64,000 nt of DNA from the NCBI GenBank assembly GCA_032718475.1, contig JAUCBJ010003593.1, forward strand, positions 1-64,000. Reading direction: 5' to 3'. The DNA is from Nemertoderma westbladi. Taxonomy: Eukaryota > Animalia > Xenacoelomorpha. Shown piece by piece: positions 38,914-51,468 of the stretch (its first letter is position 1; each line of letters opens with the position of its first letter). Position numbers and translations under genes: made by a program. The notes beneath the pieces were generated by a model. It worked only from the letters and a program-made list of their open reading frames with translations, was not told the DNA's origin and searched no databases.

Positions 38914-40649
38914 CACCAAGGTTAAGGCTGAATCACCAGCCGTTCGCCTCAATGGTTGGAAGGCCCACTTTGAAAAGCTCCTCAATAATGACAGGGTATT
39001 GCCTGATAAATTTATAGAAGTAAAAGTGTCTGAGTCTGTACTCCCAGATATTCCCATTGGCGATATCTCCTTTGCAGAAGTGAAGGCTGCTGCAAAGAGC
39101 ATTAAGACCAATCGTGCCAGTGGAGTAGATGGTGTTCCCCCTGAGGTCTTTAAAATACCTGAGTGTTTAAAGCTCATCTATCCCATCATAGTAGACATGT
39201 ACCGAACAACAAGAGTCCCACAAGAAATGAAAACAAATACAGTAAGTTGGTGCCAGTTCCCAAGAAGGGCAACCTAACACTCTTTTCGGGGAATCTCATT
39301 GATCTCGATTGCAGCAAAGCTATACAATAGAATTCTATTAAATCGCATCAGGGATCCCATTGAGAGACTGCTCCGTGGAAATCAGAATGGGTTCCGTAAA
39401 GGTCGTGGGACCATGGAGCCCATTTTGGCACTTAGAAGAATATTTGAAGAGTTATCAAAAAAGAAAGACAGGCATCTGGCTGTTATCTTTGTTGACTTCT
39501 TCAAGGCCTTTGATTCTGTCTCCCGCTCACGTATGTTCAGCATACTTTCATTATATGGGATTCCTGATGAAATTATTGCAGCAATCAGATCAGTATACGA
39601 TGGTTCGACAACATTTGTGTCTACTGTTGACGGTGACACAGAACCATTTGAAGTGTTATGAGGGCGTCCTCCAGGGAGACATACTTGCACCATTCTTGTT
39701 CATAATTGTGACTGACTATGTTCTACGCATGTCCTTAGATCATCATAATGATGATGGGGTGATGATAACTCCACCTACTGGATCCAGAAGTCGAGGAAAT
39801 CCTGCCAAGTACCTAACTGATCTAGACTTTGCTGATGACTTAGGAGTACTCTCAGAATCACTAGAGGGAGCCCAACGGCTCCTCAGCTCATTGGAACATG
39901 CTGCTTCTAGTGTTGGTCTTTTTATTAACTCCAGAAAGACCACAATTTTGACAGCTAAATTTGAAAGTTCTCAGCAAGTCTCTGATCGGATGAGCATAAG
40001 CTCAAAGGATGGTATGCTTGAGCATGTGGACGACTTCTGTTACCTGGGATCATGGATCCGGAAGTCAGGTGAGGACCTTCGAATACGTAAGGGAAAGGCA
40101 TGGGCAGCCTTGAATAGGCTTTTCAGGATTTGGAAGTCAGCGAGAATTAATCGGAAACTTAAGGTCCGATTATTTAGAGCAGCAGTAGTTCCAGTACTCC
40201 TCTATGGGAGTCCATGCTGGGCTCTAACTGCTGAGGACACCAAATCTCTGGATGGCACATTCACAAGAATGCTACGCCGGGTTCATTGTGTCAAGTACAA
40301 TGCTCACATCTCCAACCAGACACTATATAACATTGGAGGTGTCTCATTGGTTCCCCCAAGCTTGACACTAGAACAAAATCGCCTCCGCTTTGCAGGACAT
40401 TGCTTTCGCCGTGAGGACCAGCCAGTGCAAAATCTTGTACTTTGGCAGCCTCATGGAGTGAATAAGCATGGTGGACAGCCCATGACTTTCTTGAGACGCA
40501 TCTTAAAGGACACTGGCCTTGAAGATGCGGATGATCTAGCAAATGTCATCGGTGATAGGGAGTTGTGGCGGCGCAATTTTGTCGACAAACCGGCACAGCA
40601 TTCTTAAAAATGCAGCTGCAATACAGCATGCCGATAGTAGTAGTAGTAG
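38914..40649 (+). mobile_element. 5'-truncated RTE-clade LINE with (TAG)n tail and 36-bp TSD
   Basis: RT motifs NQNGFRKGR, FVDFFKAFDSV, GVLQGDILAPFLF, LDFADD, FCYLGS. Tail tagtagtagtagtag. Direct repeat at 38878-38913 and 40650-40685. Confidence 0.93.
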
Positions 40650-40759
40650 TAACTGCAGTATTGTGAAAGTTGAATTCTAATAACTTATTTAACAGAATAG
40701 AATGGTTCAGTGAATTAGATGTGCACCTATAGCTACATTATCACCCTTATTGAGACTAC

Positions 40760-40809
40760 CCGATCCCGAGTCCGGTGTCCGAGTTCGCTCAACCTAGTAG
40801 TAGTAGTAG
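40760..40809 (+). mobile_element. 50-bp retroposed insert with (TAG)5 tail and 12-bp TSD
   Basis: TSD TATTGAGACTAC at 40748-40759 and 40810-40821. Absent from the paralogous intron at ~52663-52675. Confidence 0.8.
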
Positions 40810-40899
40810 TATTGAGACTACTATGCCATATAGCGGTGCATATTATAGCGTACTTAGTGGAGTACGACTTATGAAATCCAAATTGTGTATTATTTAACA

Positions 40900-41930
40900 G
40901 ATTGTATTTATTTAGATATTGTATTATTTGAATGTAAAGTACTTTTTCGAATATTTTGTCAAAAGTGGATGTCTATAGATCGATAATTTTCTGGATCATC
41001 GATTTCTCCCTTTTTAATTTCGGCAAATTTTAATTTATGAGGAAATACTGAGCGAGTAATATATTGATTTATTATATGAGTGAGTAGGAATACTACTTTT
41101 GGAAAAAGCAATTTTATTATTCAAGGGAGTATAGATGATGGACCTGAGGATTTGTTGCAGTTCAAATAATTTATTATCCATTCCACTGAAAAAACATCCA
41201 TATTTTTGAAACTAAAATCTACATTTAAGGGTATATTTATTTTTGCATAATTTTGAATATTGGTTTTAACATTTGAGATACCAGAAAATTTACCCATACC
41301 TATATAAGTTGAGTTGAAAAGATTTGCAATTCCAATTTTATCGCCTATGAATTTTTTATTTTTATCATGTTTGTCAGTCAGTTCGGTGATTTTCCGCATT
41401 TTTATTTAAGATACTATTGATGATTTTCCAGTTATCTCTTGGCGATCTTGCTCCATTACATTTGTTTTTAGTGTACAAGTTTTTTTACCTGTCTGTTGAG
41501 AGAATTAAACCTATTTCGACTGGACTTAAATTTGGAGAAATTTTCATTTGTTTTGTTGTTGCGCCATTATAAATAATTGTTTTTTTAACGTTACTTAAGT
41601 TTTGCAATTTATCGTTCCACCAGGGAGGCTGCAATATTTTTTAGAATTTTTAGATGGAGATGTTAATTTTCGACATGTCGGTGCATGCTTAATTAGGACC
41701 TTTTCAATTTCGTTTTCGAAAATCGTAGGGCGCTCCACATAATTAGGCTATCTGTATTAGTTACAAAGAATAAAAGGTAACAGGAGATAATATTAATCTT
41801 TCTTAAAACGTTTACTAGAACATATCTATTACTTGAACTAAATGCTCGAAGCCAAACAATATCAAGCAGTTCTATTTAAGACACAAAATAGAGTATCTCA
41901 TGTTTCCTCAAAACTAGAATGTCAAGCTAA
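40900..41930 (-). mobile_element. Highly decayed CR1/L2-group LINE ORF2 fragment (paralog at 52780-53097 and 57426-57890)
   Basis: Residual KSSGPSSI...FPHKLKFA...DPENYRSI...DKIFEK motifs on the minus strand. Confidence 0.6.
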
Positions 41931-42010
41931 AAATTTAACCTGTAATAAGTTTCTTGATAGGTCGCAGAAATGGCAGATATCTTTTACTTTAAGTAAATTA
42001 TATAACTTAC

Positions 42011-42167
42011 AGATCTCATAGCATCCAATAGAGTTTACATTGAATTTCTTCCCATGTTGTGGATCGAACATAACCACTGTAATTTTTATACCAACAACAT
42101 CTCCTATAACTTCGTGTAGTTGGACTTCGACTGTGTCCATACCAGGAGGAGGGGCTACAGTGTAAAC
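42011..42167 (-). CDS. Exon (duplicate copy B): C-terminal third of the discoidin-like domain
   Basis: tttag|VYTVAPPPGMDTVEVQLHEVIGDVVGIKITVVMFDPQHGKKFNVNSIGCYEI|gtaagt; phase 0/1. Confidence 0.85.
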
Positions 42168-42382
42168 CTAAACAAAATATACCGAATGTATCAGGCTGGT
42201 TCATGTCATAGTTTACTGTGCATGCATTGCGATTTACACACGTGGAAGCGAGTTTGCGACTATAAAAAATTTATATCTCACAGCGGTTTTTTTTATTTCT
42301 AAATAATATAATATTGTACCTTTAATCCCACAAATGTGATCTACCTGACAAGATGTAACTATAGTAACTGTGTTGCACATAC

Positions 42383-42548
42383 CTTTACAGACTGAAGGTA
42401 AGACTCTGGATTTTGTGGGTCATCTTGATGAATAATGTGTGTGGGGGGACTATCTGAGCTCAACTCGAATAATCCTTCAGACTCAACAGTCTGTACAGCA
42501 ATGGTCACTTTCAGTTCTTGTTCTCTGTCATCCAGTTTAAAGTAAAAT
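42383..42548 (-). CDS. Exon (duplicate copy B): middle of the discoidin-like domain
   Basis: aacag|(R)FYFKLDDREQELKVTIAVQTVESEGLFELSSDSPPTHIIHQDDPQNPESYLQSVK|gtatgt; phase 2/0. Confidence 0.83.
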
Positions 42549-42699
42549 CTGTTTTGGGAAAGAAAATATTTCCTCTCAATATAAACTAAAATGATTGTTG
42601 TGAAAATGTAATTTGGCTCTGTCAATGATATCTTAATGCTATTACTGGAATTAAAATAAGTAAGGATTATAAAACATTGGTGATTTAGTCACATTAGTG

Positions 42700-45600
42700 A
42701 TTGGTGATATGTCACAAGGGATCAATGAGATGTCATATACATACCTATCTTTCCGCCAGGAAAGACCAGATTGACCATGTTAATGCCGCCCAAGTGCAGT
42801 CTAGCTATCAGGTGGGAATAAACTCAAACGCTATTAATACGTTGCTCCGCCGTGCAGTGACATCCCAGCTACGTGAGGCGCCAAGGAATCTAATACTACA
42901 AGGTATACCTGAAACCCCACACGAGTCAGTAGAGAATGCGGTTATGAAGTTTTTTTGCACAGCTACTTTCAATAACAGTAGAGGAAGCAAATATCTCCTT
43001 GGGAATCGAGATAACCACACGTTTGGGTCGTTTTAATTCACTACGTGGTCATCCTATAAAGGTCGTTTTTCTACGTTTACGCAGCCGGGACCGGGTATGG
43101 ATCACCCAGTCCCGGCTATCGATCACTATTACTGGATGATATCCGACAAGCAGGTCTGATCTGCCAACCAGGTCTGATCTGCCAACCAGGTCTGATCTGC
43201 CAACCAGGTCTGATCTGCCAACCAGGTTGCGCCACTGACCAGGTATGCACCACCGATCAGATTTGTGCTACCAGTGAGGTCTGAGTTGCCGACCACATCG
43301 TTTGATCTGCCCACTAATGGTGATCCACCAACCCAGGCGATGTATAGGAGTAATACATCCGCATCTCCATGGAGTGTGGTGGCTGTCTCACACCTATCTC
43401 AGCCAGTGTCTAACTCTAGTGATCCTCCAGTACCACCTGGACCTACTATTGCTGTCGTTAGCGAGATGAGTAGTATTGTACTTGATAACATAGATAACAA
43501 GGTGTTAGATACTGATAAAGCAGATGTCACACTAGGGGTGGGTAGTATGAATGGCGAGTGGTGCATGGTTAAAGGGGGAAAACGTAGTTATGTTACCCGC
43601 AATAGTATTGGTAACATACACACTACCACTAAGTTTAAAAGTGGATCTGGGTTAGTATATAACCAGTATGATCCACTGAGAAGTCGGGATGCATCCCCAT
43701 CACTACATATTGTTTTTAACCCTGTTATGTCAGTTGATGGGAACCTGCACCCAGTACTGAAATATTGTCCTGCAATCTGGATGTAACTGGAGTTAGCTGT
43801 GAGGTTACTGGAGGCACAAGTAACACAAATTAATTCTACGGAGGCTCATAAACTGCCTCCATGGGTTATTTGGAATGATAAATTGAAAAGTCCTTATAAG
43901 GTTGAACTAAGGTCTTTTCAAACAGCATCAGAAATAAATGCTGTAGGAGATGGCATTACGGGTGTGGTATTGTCTCCTGCTGAGATAGAGGCAGCAGCGA
44001 AAACACTAAACTGTTTATTTTATAGATTAACAGAAAATCTACAAAAGAGTAGTAAGTATATCAGGTTATTGTCTGAAAAGAATGGGGCTGTTTGGTTTAA
44101 CGAGGCATGCATGGAAGCCAAAGTGGTGTTTCAAGGGGGGCTTAAAAAGTGGAGAGAAAAGTGGGATGAGGTTAGCCTTAATTTGCTACAGGATAAACGT
44201 AAACAATACAAGTGCGCATTAAGGAGGGCGAGAATCAAGTATTGTATGCGGCAGTCTGAACGAATTGCATCGTTTTATAAAGGGAATTTTAAAAAGTTTT
44301 GGAAAACACTTCAAAGTGTGGGCGTTACAAATAGACAAGAACTATCAGAACCATCACCTTTTGATGTTGAGCAACATTTTCGAGAACTATCTGGAAGTGT
44401 GTCTGATTTCGAGGACATGGGGGGGGGGGGGGGGGGGGAGTCCTACAGTAAATATAGGAGTTGTAGAAAGTAAGTTTTACTTTGAATCTATCTTAGGGCA
44501 GCCATTCACTGAACAAGGAGTCACTGGAGAGTGCCCTCATTTGAAGCAGGGTAAAGCCCCAGGCATTGACAATGTGTTAAGTGAATTTCTGATTCAAGGT
44601 ACCGCGGAGTTACTATAATTACTAGTATTTTTAATGCCATGCTCTATACAGGGCACTTTCCCAGCCAATGGTCTTTGGGGGTGATTGTGCCGCTTTACAA
44701 AAAGAAAGGAAATAAACTTTATCCCGGTAATTATAGAGGTATAACTTTGTTAAGTATAATTGGAAAAATTCTTACATCACTGCTAAACAATCAGTTACAT
44801 TAGTGGGCAGGATGTTTTGGAGTTGTTATCGAGGAGAAAGCCGGGTTTAGGCCAGGATACTCAACTTCTAACCAGATGTTCGTATTAAACTCATTGATCA
44901 AGCAATATGTACAAAATGGAGGTAAACGATCTGCTTTTTTGTGGGTTTATAGTCTTTAAGAAAGCCTTCGATTCCATTGATAGGGATGCGCTTTGGCTAA
45001 AGCTGATTGTTTGGGGTTTTCTGGAAATTTTCTAAAGTTAATCAAAAGTATTTACACAAATGTTAGGTCATGTGTTCGAAAAGGTGACGATCTATCTAGT
45101 GAGTTTTGTTGCTTATTAAGTGTAAGACAGGGTGATTGTTTATCACCGTCATTATTTGCAATTTTCTTGAACAATCTGGAAAGTGAGTTAGCAAATAGTC
45201 CAATGGAATGTGTGTTACTTGAGAGTATGTATTTACTTCTTTATACGGATGATGTCGTACTGCTAGCGCTTACAGCTGAGGACCGACAGTCCTACAAGCG
45301 GCACTAATTTGTCTGGAGCAGTATTGCGCTTATTGGAGCTTAACCGTCAATGTTGGCCAATCGAATGTTGTGGTCTTCAGAAAGGGTGGGCGTTTACCAA
45401 AGGGTACTATATTGACTTACAAAGGTAACAAGTTAAAATTGGTTAATGACTATACTTATCTAGGTATCGATTTCTTGTCAACTGGGAAATTTAATTTGGC
45501 TCAATCAGTTCTGGCTGAACGTGCTAGCAAAACTCTATTTGCACTGTGACAATACTTCACTTGCTTTCCAATTTTAATGTTCAGTTTGAAGCGATTCTTA

Positions 45601-46790
45601 TTCAATACATTATTAGTTAAACCCATCCTACTCTACGGGTCCGAAGTCTGGGGTTTCAAAGCAGGGTTGGATACAGAAAGAATTAATCTTGGTTTCATTA
45701 AGTTTTTTTTAGTAAAACAATCAACATCGAACTTTGCAGTGTATGGGGAGGAATCAGGTATGTTTCCCCTTGAGAATGGTAGGAAAATTCGAATAATAAA
45801 ATTCTGGATCAAAATCCTAAAAATGCCGGAGAATAGGTTGATTAAAATAGCATACAAACTGCTGGTTAATAATGTGGAAAATGGAGTTACGACCAATTGG
45901 GCGTCGCGTGTTAGAGACTTACTAAATGAAACCGGCTTTAATGGTGCGTGGAATAGACAATCAGTGGAACAGGAAAAAAAATCATAAGTGCTTTATAGGA
46001 TTCGTACTAGGGACATTTGGGTGCAACAGTGGTGGAGTTCAGTGGATGCATCGCCAAAGGGTGAAATGTACATGAAAGAGGTGTTTGTGATTAAGCCATA
46101 TCTAGATCTCCTTAAGAAGATCTCCACGTGCAGTTGCGGCGCGCCATATCACGCATATGTAGTTTATCTCATCATCTAGCTGTAGAAACCGGGCGTTGGT
46201 TCCTGGTACCACGTAGTGATAGAATATGTCTGGTATGCGATAGAAACTTGATAGAAAATGAATCGCACTTATTGCTAGGTTGGCTGGCCTATTCTGGTCC
46301 CATCCGCACTAGGTATCTGGGAGGGTATTTTTCTAGTAATGCAACAGTGGAAAAGCTTAGGGTTTTGTATAATTGAATTAGGGGTAGTAATGTGCAAAAA
46401 GCACTTAATTTGGGTAATTTTATTGTTTCGGTATTTAAAAAAAGGGAACAGCTGTTAGGCAGCTCAATGGTAAATTAAAGCAGGAATAAATTGTGTTCCT
46501 TGAACGCCTCAGTTAATTTGTCTCCTTTTAATGTAATTTTTATTTTCACTATATTTTGTTCTGGTGTTTAATAATATAATGTTGATTTTTGAATTTGAAA
46601 TGACTGTGGTGTCGCATAATACATTTACTTTAATTTACATTTCTTGTAGATTTATTGTCTGTCATTCTAAGTGCCACTCTCTTTCTTACATTTTACTGTT
46701 ATTGTGCAAATGAAAGTTTCTTTTGGTGCTGCCGACTAAGGCATTAATTTGCTACAGTTGTAATGAATAAATATAAGAATTGTATAAAAA
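42700..46790 (+). mobile_element. Decayed two-ORF non-LTR retrotransposon (RTEX/Daphne-like), endonuclease region deleted
   Basis: ORF1-like RNLILQGIPE...RLGR...PIKVVF. ORF2 motifs GKAPGIDN, NYRGITLLS, VRQGDCLSPSLF, LLYTDD, KPILLYGSEVWG and HLAVETGRW...RICLVC...ENESHLL. Many stops and frameshifts; boundaries approximate. Confidence 0.85.
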
Positions 46791-47142
46791 AATAGTTAAT
46801 AAGTAAACAGGACAATCAATCAAGCAAACATTAGGCCTAATCTAAACTGTATGGTATAGTACAGTACATAAAACGGAAGTACTATACACCTATAATAGCT
46901 TCAAAATAGTTTGCAATCTTTTTCTGGTATTACAAATCGCTGATTTGCAAATAACTATAACGAATATTATTATGGAATATTTTTTAGTACCTGAGTACAG
47001 TATTATACTAGAGTGGCAGCACATCTGTAAGACATTGTATCATTGCGATGCTCGCATTGATAACACAATGCTTCCAATGGTTATTATTTCATATATAAGC
47101 TAATAATTTTTTATCTTTTATTAATTACAAAAGTTTATTTAC

Positions 47143-47299
47143 CTGGAGAGGAAACTAGCTGTATCTAGAGTAATAAATATTGAGGTCATATCCCCGTTGG
47201 GTTCAAAACCCGATCCGTCCAATGAGGCATCTTCTATTGGGGCCCCATTGGAATGATAGGCTGCCACAGGCAACGTCTCCTCAGAATTATCACAATAGT
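47143..47299 (-). CDS. Exon (duplicate copy B): N-terminal third of the discoidin-like domain
   Basis: tttag|(D)YCDNSEETLPVAAYHSNGAPIEDASLDGSGFEPNGDMTSIFITLDTASFLS(R)|gtaaat; phase 1/2. Confidence 0.83.
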
Positions 47300-47964
47300 C
47301 TAAATGTAAAAATAATAAGTTCTGAAGAGAATTAGAAGTAAAGACTACTGTAATTGTTTTAAGGAGTGATGTAGGTGAGTTTGCATCGCAACAGAGGTTA
47401 ATGGGTCAAATTTAATATTATTATTATGATTTTATTTATTATCATTTACATTTAAAGTACTATAAATAATTTAAAGGTCACTCGATTCAGAATGCTGGAA
47501 AATCACCATCGCAGAAATCACCATGCACTCAAAATTGGTTGCATGAGTTAGTTATTGACGAATCACGAATGGTAGAGGAGTCCCGAAAATATCACTGGGT
47601 AACTACAAAATGAGACCTACACTCCCATTGTATTACAAACAAATCAGGTGAAGAGGTCGTTACACAACATGCTACTGTTTCCAGTTGGGTAAACAGAGTG
47701 GTCTTGTTAGATGGAATACTAAACGGCAGCAAACTGTTGCACTTTCTAGTAGTGGAGGCCAAGTACATGGCTATCAGTGGTGTGGGACAGGAATCATTAT
47801 AGCTATGAACTCTACTTTCTGACATGGGATATATGCAACGATCACCTACTGGATTGTTGGTCGATAATCAAGGTGCTATCAGGATGGTGGGTAATCCTAT
47901 ATTACACAAGCTCATGTGTTAGTAACCCTAGTTGTTTCATATATTATTTTTTATGTTAATTTAC

Positions 47965-48189
47965 CGCATTCAGTTGGTTCATCAATACAGTTCTCGCATT
48001 GGCAGACTCCATCGCATTCTGGTGCGCAAGTACCATCGCCACAGGGAACCTCTCCTGGCACACATGTTGGCGCTTCCGTAGGTCCTAGTGTAGGTCCTAC
48101 AGTAGGTCCTGGTGTAGTTCCTCCAGTAGGTCCTAGTGTAGGTCCTACAGTAGGTCCTGGTGTAGTTCCTCCAGTAGGTCCTGGTGTAG
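47965..48189 (-). CDS. Chimeric exon: short Thr/Pro/Gly linker plus LDLa-like repeat
   Basis: tgtag|(S)TPGPTGGTTPGPTVGPTLGPT...EAPTCVPGEVPCGDGTCAPECDGVCQCENCIDEPTEC|gtaaat; phase 1/1. Confidence 0.88.
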
Positions 48190-49370
48190 CTACAATAAAA
48201 ATAAACAAGATGTAGATATAGAGAAAAATTTGGTGCTAGCACCAAATTTTGCACCCACTTCCGAAAAATACAAGTTTGAGATCTCTAGTTAGATATATAT
48301 TTATTCCAATGAATTCAGAACCCCCCATAAACCTGTAAAATGTAAAAATGCTAGAAATAAGTTGTCACAATCAATTGAACAATCAATTCAAAATTTCGTG
48401 CTGGCACCAAATTTTGAGCACAGCACCAAAAATACAAGTTTGATAATCTTAATAAAAAACAAGTTTCAGAGTTATACCAAAAAACTAGGGTGGAGGGGGG
48501 GGGGGGGGGGGGGGTATAATTGACACCTTCCCCCGGGTTTGATAGTGTTAAAAAAAGGCAATAAGAATTACTTGACAAATTAGCCTGAAGTATTACGTAA
48601 CTTAAGGGGGGAGGGGGTGTCAATCATACCCCCCCCCCCCACCCCGTAAGTCAACCTAAATTTATTCACGTTTAATAAATAAATTTAGAAACAATCGAAA
48701 ATAATGACGAAGTTAGATTCCTGATCCTTTTGTTTTATTAACTATCCTTAAGGCATAATTTTGAATTTTCTCGAGATTATATAAGGTTGTTTTAAATCCG
48801 TGGTTATTGTGTGTGCAGACCCACTAGTAACTCGCATCAGTAGTTATGGTAAAGTAATATTGTTGTTTTGTAGATGTTTAATTTTGTTTTAGTTGTCAAT
48901 TGTCCCTTAATCTGACGTAGGCCGGAGATAGCGTGGGACATTTTATTAGATATTGTTTGTATATTTTCCCTCCATTCCAGTTTATTGTAAATACATATCG
49001 TCGGTAATTCGACAAAACCCCCTAAGTCGATTTTTTTAGTTTTGACAAAAACGAAAAAAATTTAATATTTTAAAAAATCTTGAGTAATGCGATTTAATTT
49101 TTGACTAAATATTATCTAAAATAGCGTATAATATGTTTGGGCAGATATTTTTAGAGGTAGATCGCATTTTCGACCATTTAATTTGATACACTGTTGTATT
49201 GCCAGATTGGGAAACCCAATAGTTAGCATACAATTAAGGGGGGTTATCTTTGACATGTGGGATTTTATCATAATACAGTCTGTCCCATAAAATGACTTAT
49301 TAGTGGGTCTAAGGTTCCAATAAAGCAAAGCTCTTATATTAGAAACACTGTAATATTACAATTATTTTTA

Positions 49371-50460
49371 TAACTACTACTTCTACTATCGGCATGCTGC
49401 ATTGCAATTGCATTATATATATATATATTACATATATATTAAGAATGCTGTGATATCTTTTCAATAAAATTGCGCCGCCCTGCCACAACTCCCTATCACT
49501 CATGACATTTGCTAGATAATCTGCATCTTCAAAGCCAGTGTCCTTTAAGATGCGTCTCAAGAAAGTCGTGGGCTGTCCACCATGCTTATTCACTCCATGA
49601 GGCCGCCAAAGCACAAGATTATATGCACTGGCTGGTCCTCACGGCAAAAGAATATCCTGCAAAGCGGAGGCGACTTTGTTCTAGTGTCAAGCTTGGAGGA
49701 ACCAACGAGACACCTCCAATGTTATATATTGTCTAGTTGGAAATGTGTTTATTGTATTTGACACAGTGAACCCGACGTAGCATTCTTCTGAATGTGCCAC
49801 CCAGAGATTTGGTGTCCTCAGCAGTTAGAGCCCAGCATGGACTCCCATAGAGGATTACTGGAACTACTGCTGCTCTAAATAATCGGACCTTAAGTTTCCG
49901 ATGTAATCTGTGTGACTACCAAATCCTGGAAAGCCCATTCATTGCTGCCCATGCCTTTCCCTTCCGCATTCGAAGGTCCTCATCTGACTTCTGGATCCAT
50001 GATCCCAGGTAACAGAAGTCGTCCACATGCTAAAGCATACCATCCTTTGAGCTTATGCTCATACGATCACATATTTCCTGAGGACTTTCAAAGTTAACTG
50101 TCAAAGATAATATTAATCTTTCTCAAAGTTAACTGTCAAAATTTTGGTCTTCTTGGAATTAACAAAGAGACCAACACTAGAAGCAGCCTGTTCTAATGAG
50201 CTGAGGAGCCGTTCGGCTCCTTCTAGTGATTCTGAGAGTACTCCTAAGTCAGCAGCAAAGTCTAGATCAGTTAGGTACTTGGCCCCATATAATGAAGGTA
50301 TGCTGAACAAAATATACATGAGCAAGAGACTGAATCAAAGGCCTTGAAAAAGTCAACAAAGATAACAGCCAGATGTCTGTCTTTCTCTTTTGACAACTCT
50401 TCAATTATCCTTCTATGTGCAAAAATGGACTCCATGGTCCCACAAACTTTACGGAACCCG
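49371..50460 (-). mobile_element. Older, rearranged RTE LINE copy (same family), 3' part plus an internal fragment
   Basis: KYLTDLDFAADLGVLSESLEGA...LWRPHGVNKHGGQP, with a degenerate (TAG)n tail at 49373-49388. Confidence 0.85.
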
Positions 50461-50539
50461 AAACATCTCCAGCTATACTCACTACTGGTTGAACATATTC
50501 AGCTACACTCACTATGTGTTGAACATCTCCATATAACTC

Positions 50540-51468
50540 TACTACTACTACTACTAGGATCGGCATGCTGCATTGCAGCTGCATTTTTAAGAATGCTGTG
50601 CCGGCTTGTCAACAAAATTGCACCGCCCCAACTCCCTATCACCCATGACATTTGCTAGATCATCCGCATCTTCAAGGCCAGTGTCCTTTAAGATGCGTCT
50701 CAAGAAAGTCATGGGCTGTCCACCATGCTTATTCACTCCATGAGGCTGCCAAAGTACAAGATTATGCACTGGCTGGTCCTCACGGCGAAAGCAATGTCCT
50801 GCAAAGCGGAGGCGATTTTGTTCTAGTGTCAAGCTTGGGGGAACCAATGAGACACCTCCAATGTTATATAGTGTCTGGTTGGAGATGTGTGCATTGTACT
50901 TGACACAATGAACCCGGCGTAGCATTCTTGTGAATGTGCCATCCAGAGATTTGGTGTCCTCAGCAGTTAGAGCCCAGCATGGACTCCCGTAGAGGAGTAC
51001 TGGAACTACTGTTGCTCTAAATAATCGGACCTTAAGTTTCCGATTAATTCTCGGTGACTTCCAAATCCTGGAAAGCCTATTCAAGGCTGCCCATGCATTT
51101 CCCTTACGCATTCGAAGGTCCTCACCTGACTTCCGGATCCATGATCCCAGGTAACAGAAGTCGTCCACATGCTCAAGCATACCATCCTTTGAGCTTATGC
51201 TCATCCGTTCAGAGACTTGCTGAGGACTTTCAAAGTTAACTGTCAAAATTTTGGTCTTTCTGGAGTTAATAAAAAGACCAACACTAGAAGCAGCATGTTC
51301 TAATGAGCTGAAGAGCCGTTGGGCTCCCTCTAATGATTCTGAGAGTATTCCTAAGTCATCAGCAAAGTCTAGATCAGTTAGGTACTTGGCAGGATTTCCT
51401 CGACTTCTGGAGCCAGTAGGTGGAGTTATATCATCACCCCATCATCATTATGATGATCTAAGGACAGG
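50540..51468 (-). mobile_element. 5'-truncated RTE LINE with (TAG)n tail and 15-bp TSD, inserted into a ~30-bp minisatellite
   Basis: ORF 50587-51246 is nearly identical to 39948-40607. TSD ATCTCCATATAACTC at 50525-50539 and 51469-51483. Flanking units resemble GGTTGAACATCTCCAGCTACACTCACTACT (50460-50539 and 51469-51610). Confidence 0.9.

Noticed and set aside
48200-49330. Short repeats and poly-G/C tracts suggesting MITE remnants (also 38630-38876 and 51650-52560)
   Set aside because: Probably decayed non-autonomous transposons, but I could not define paired ends.
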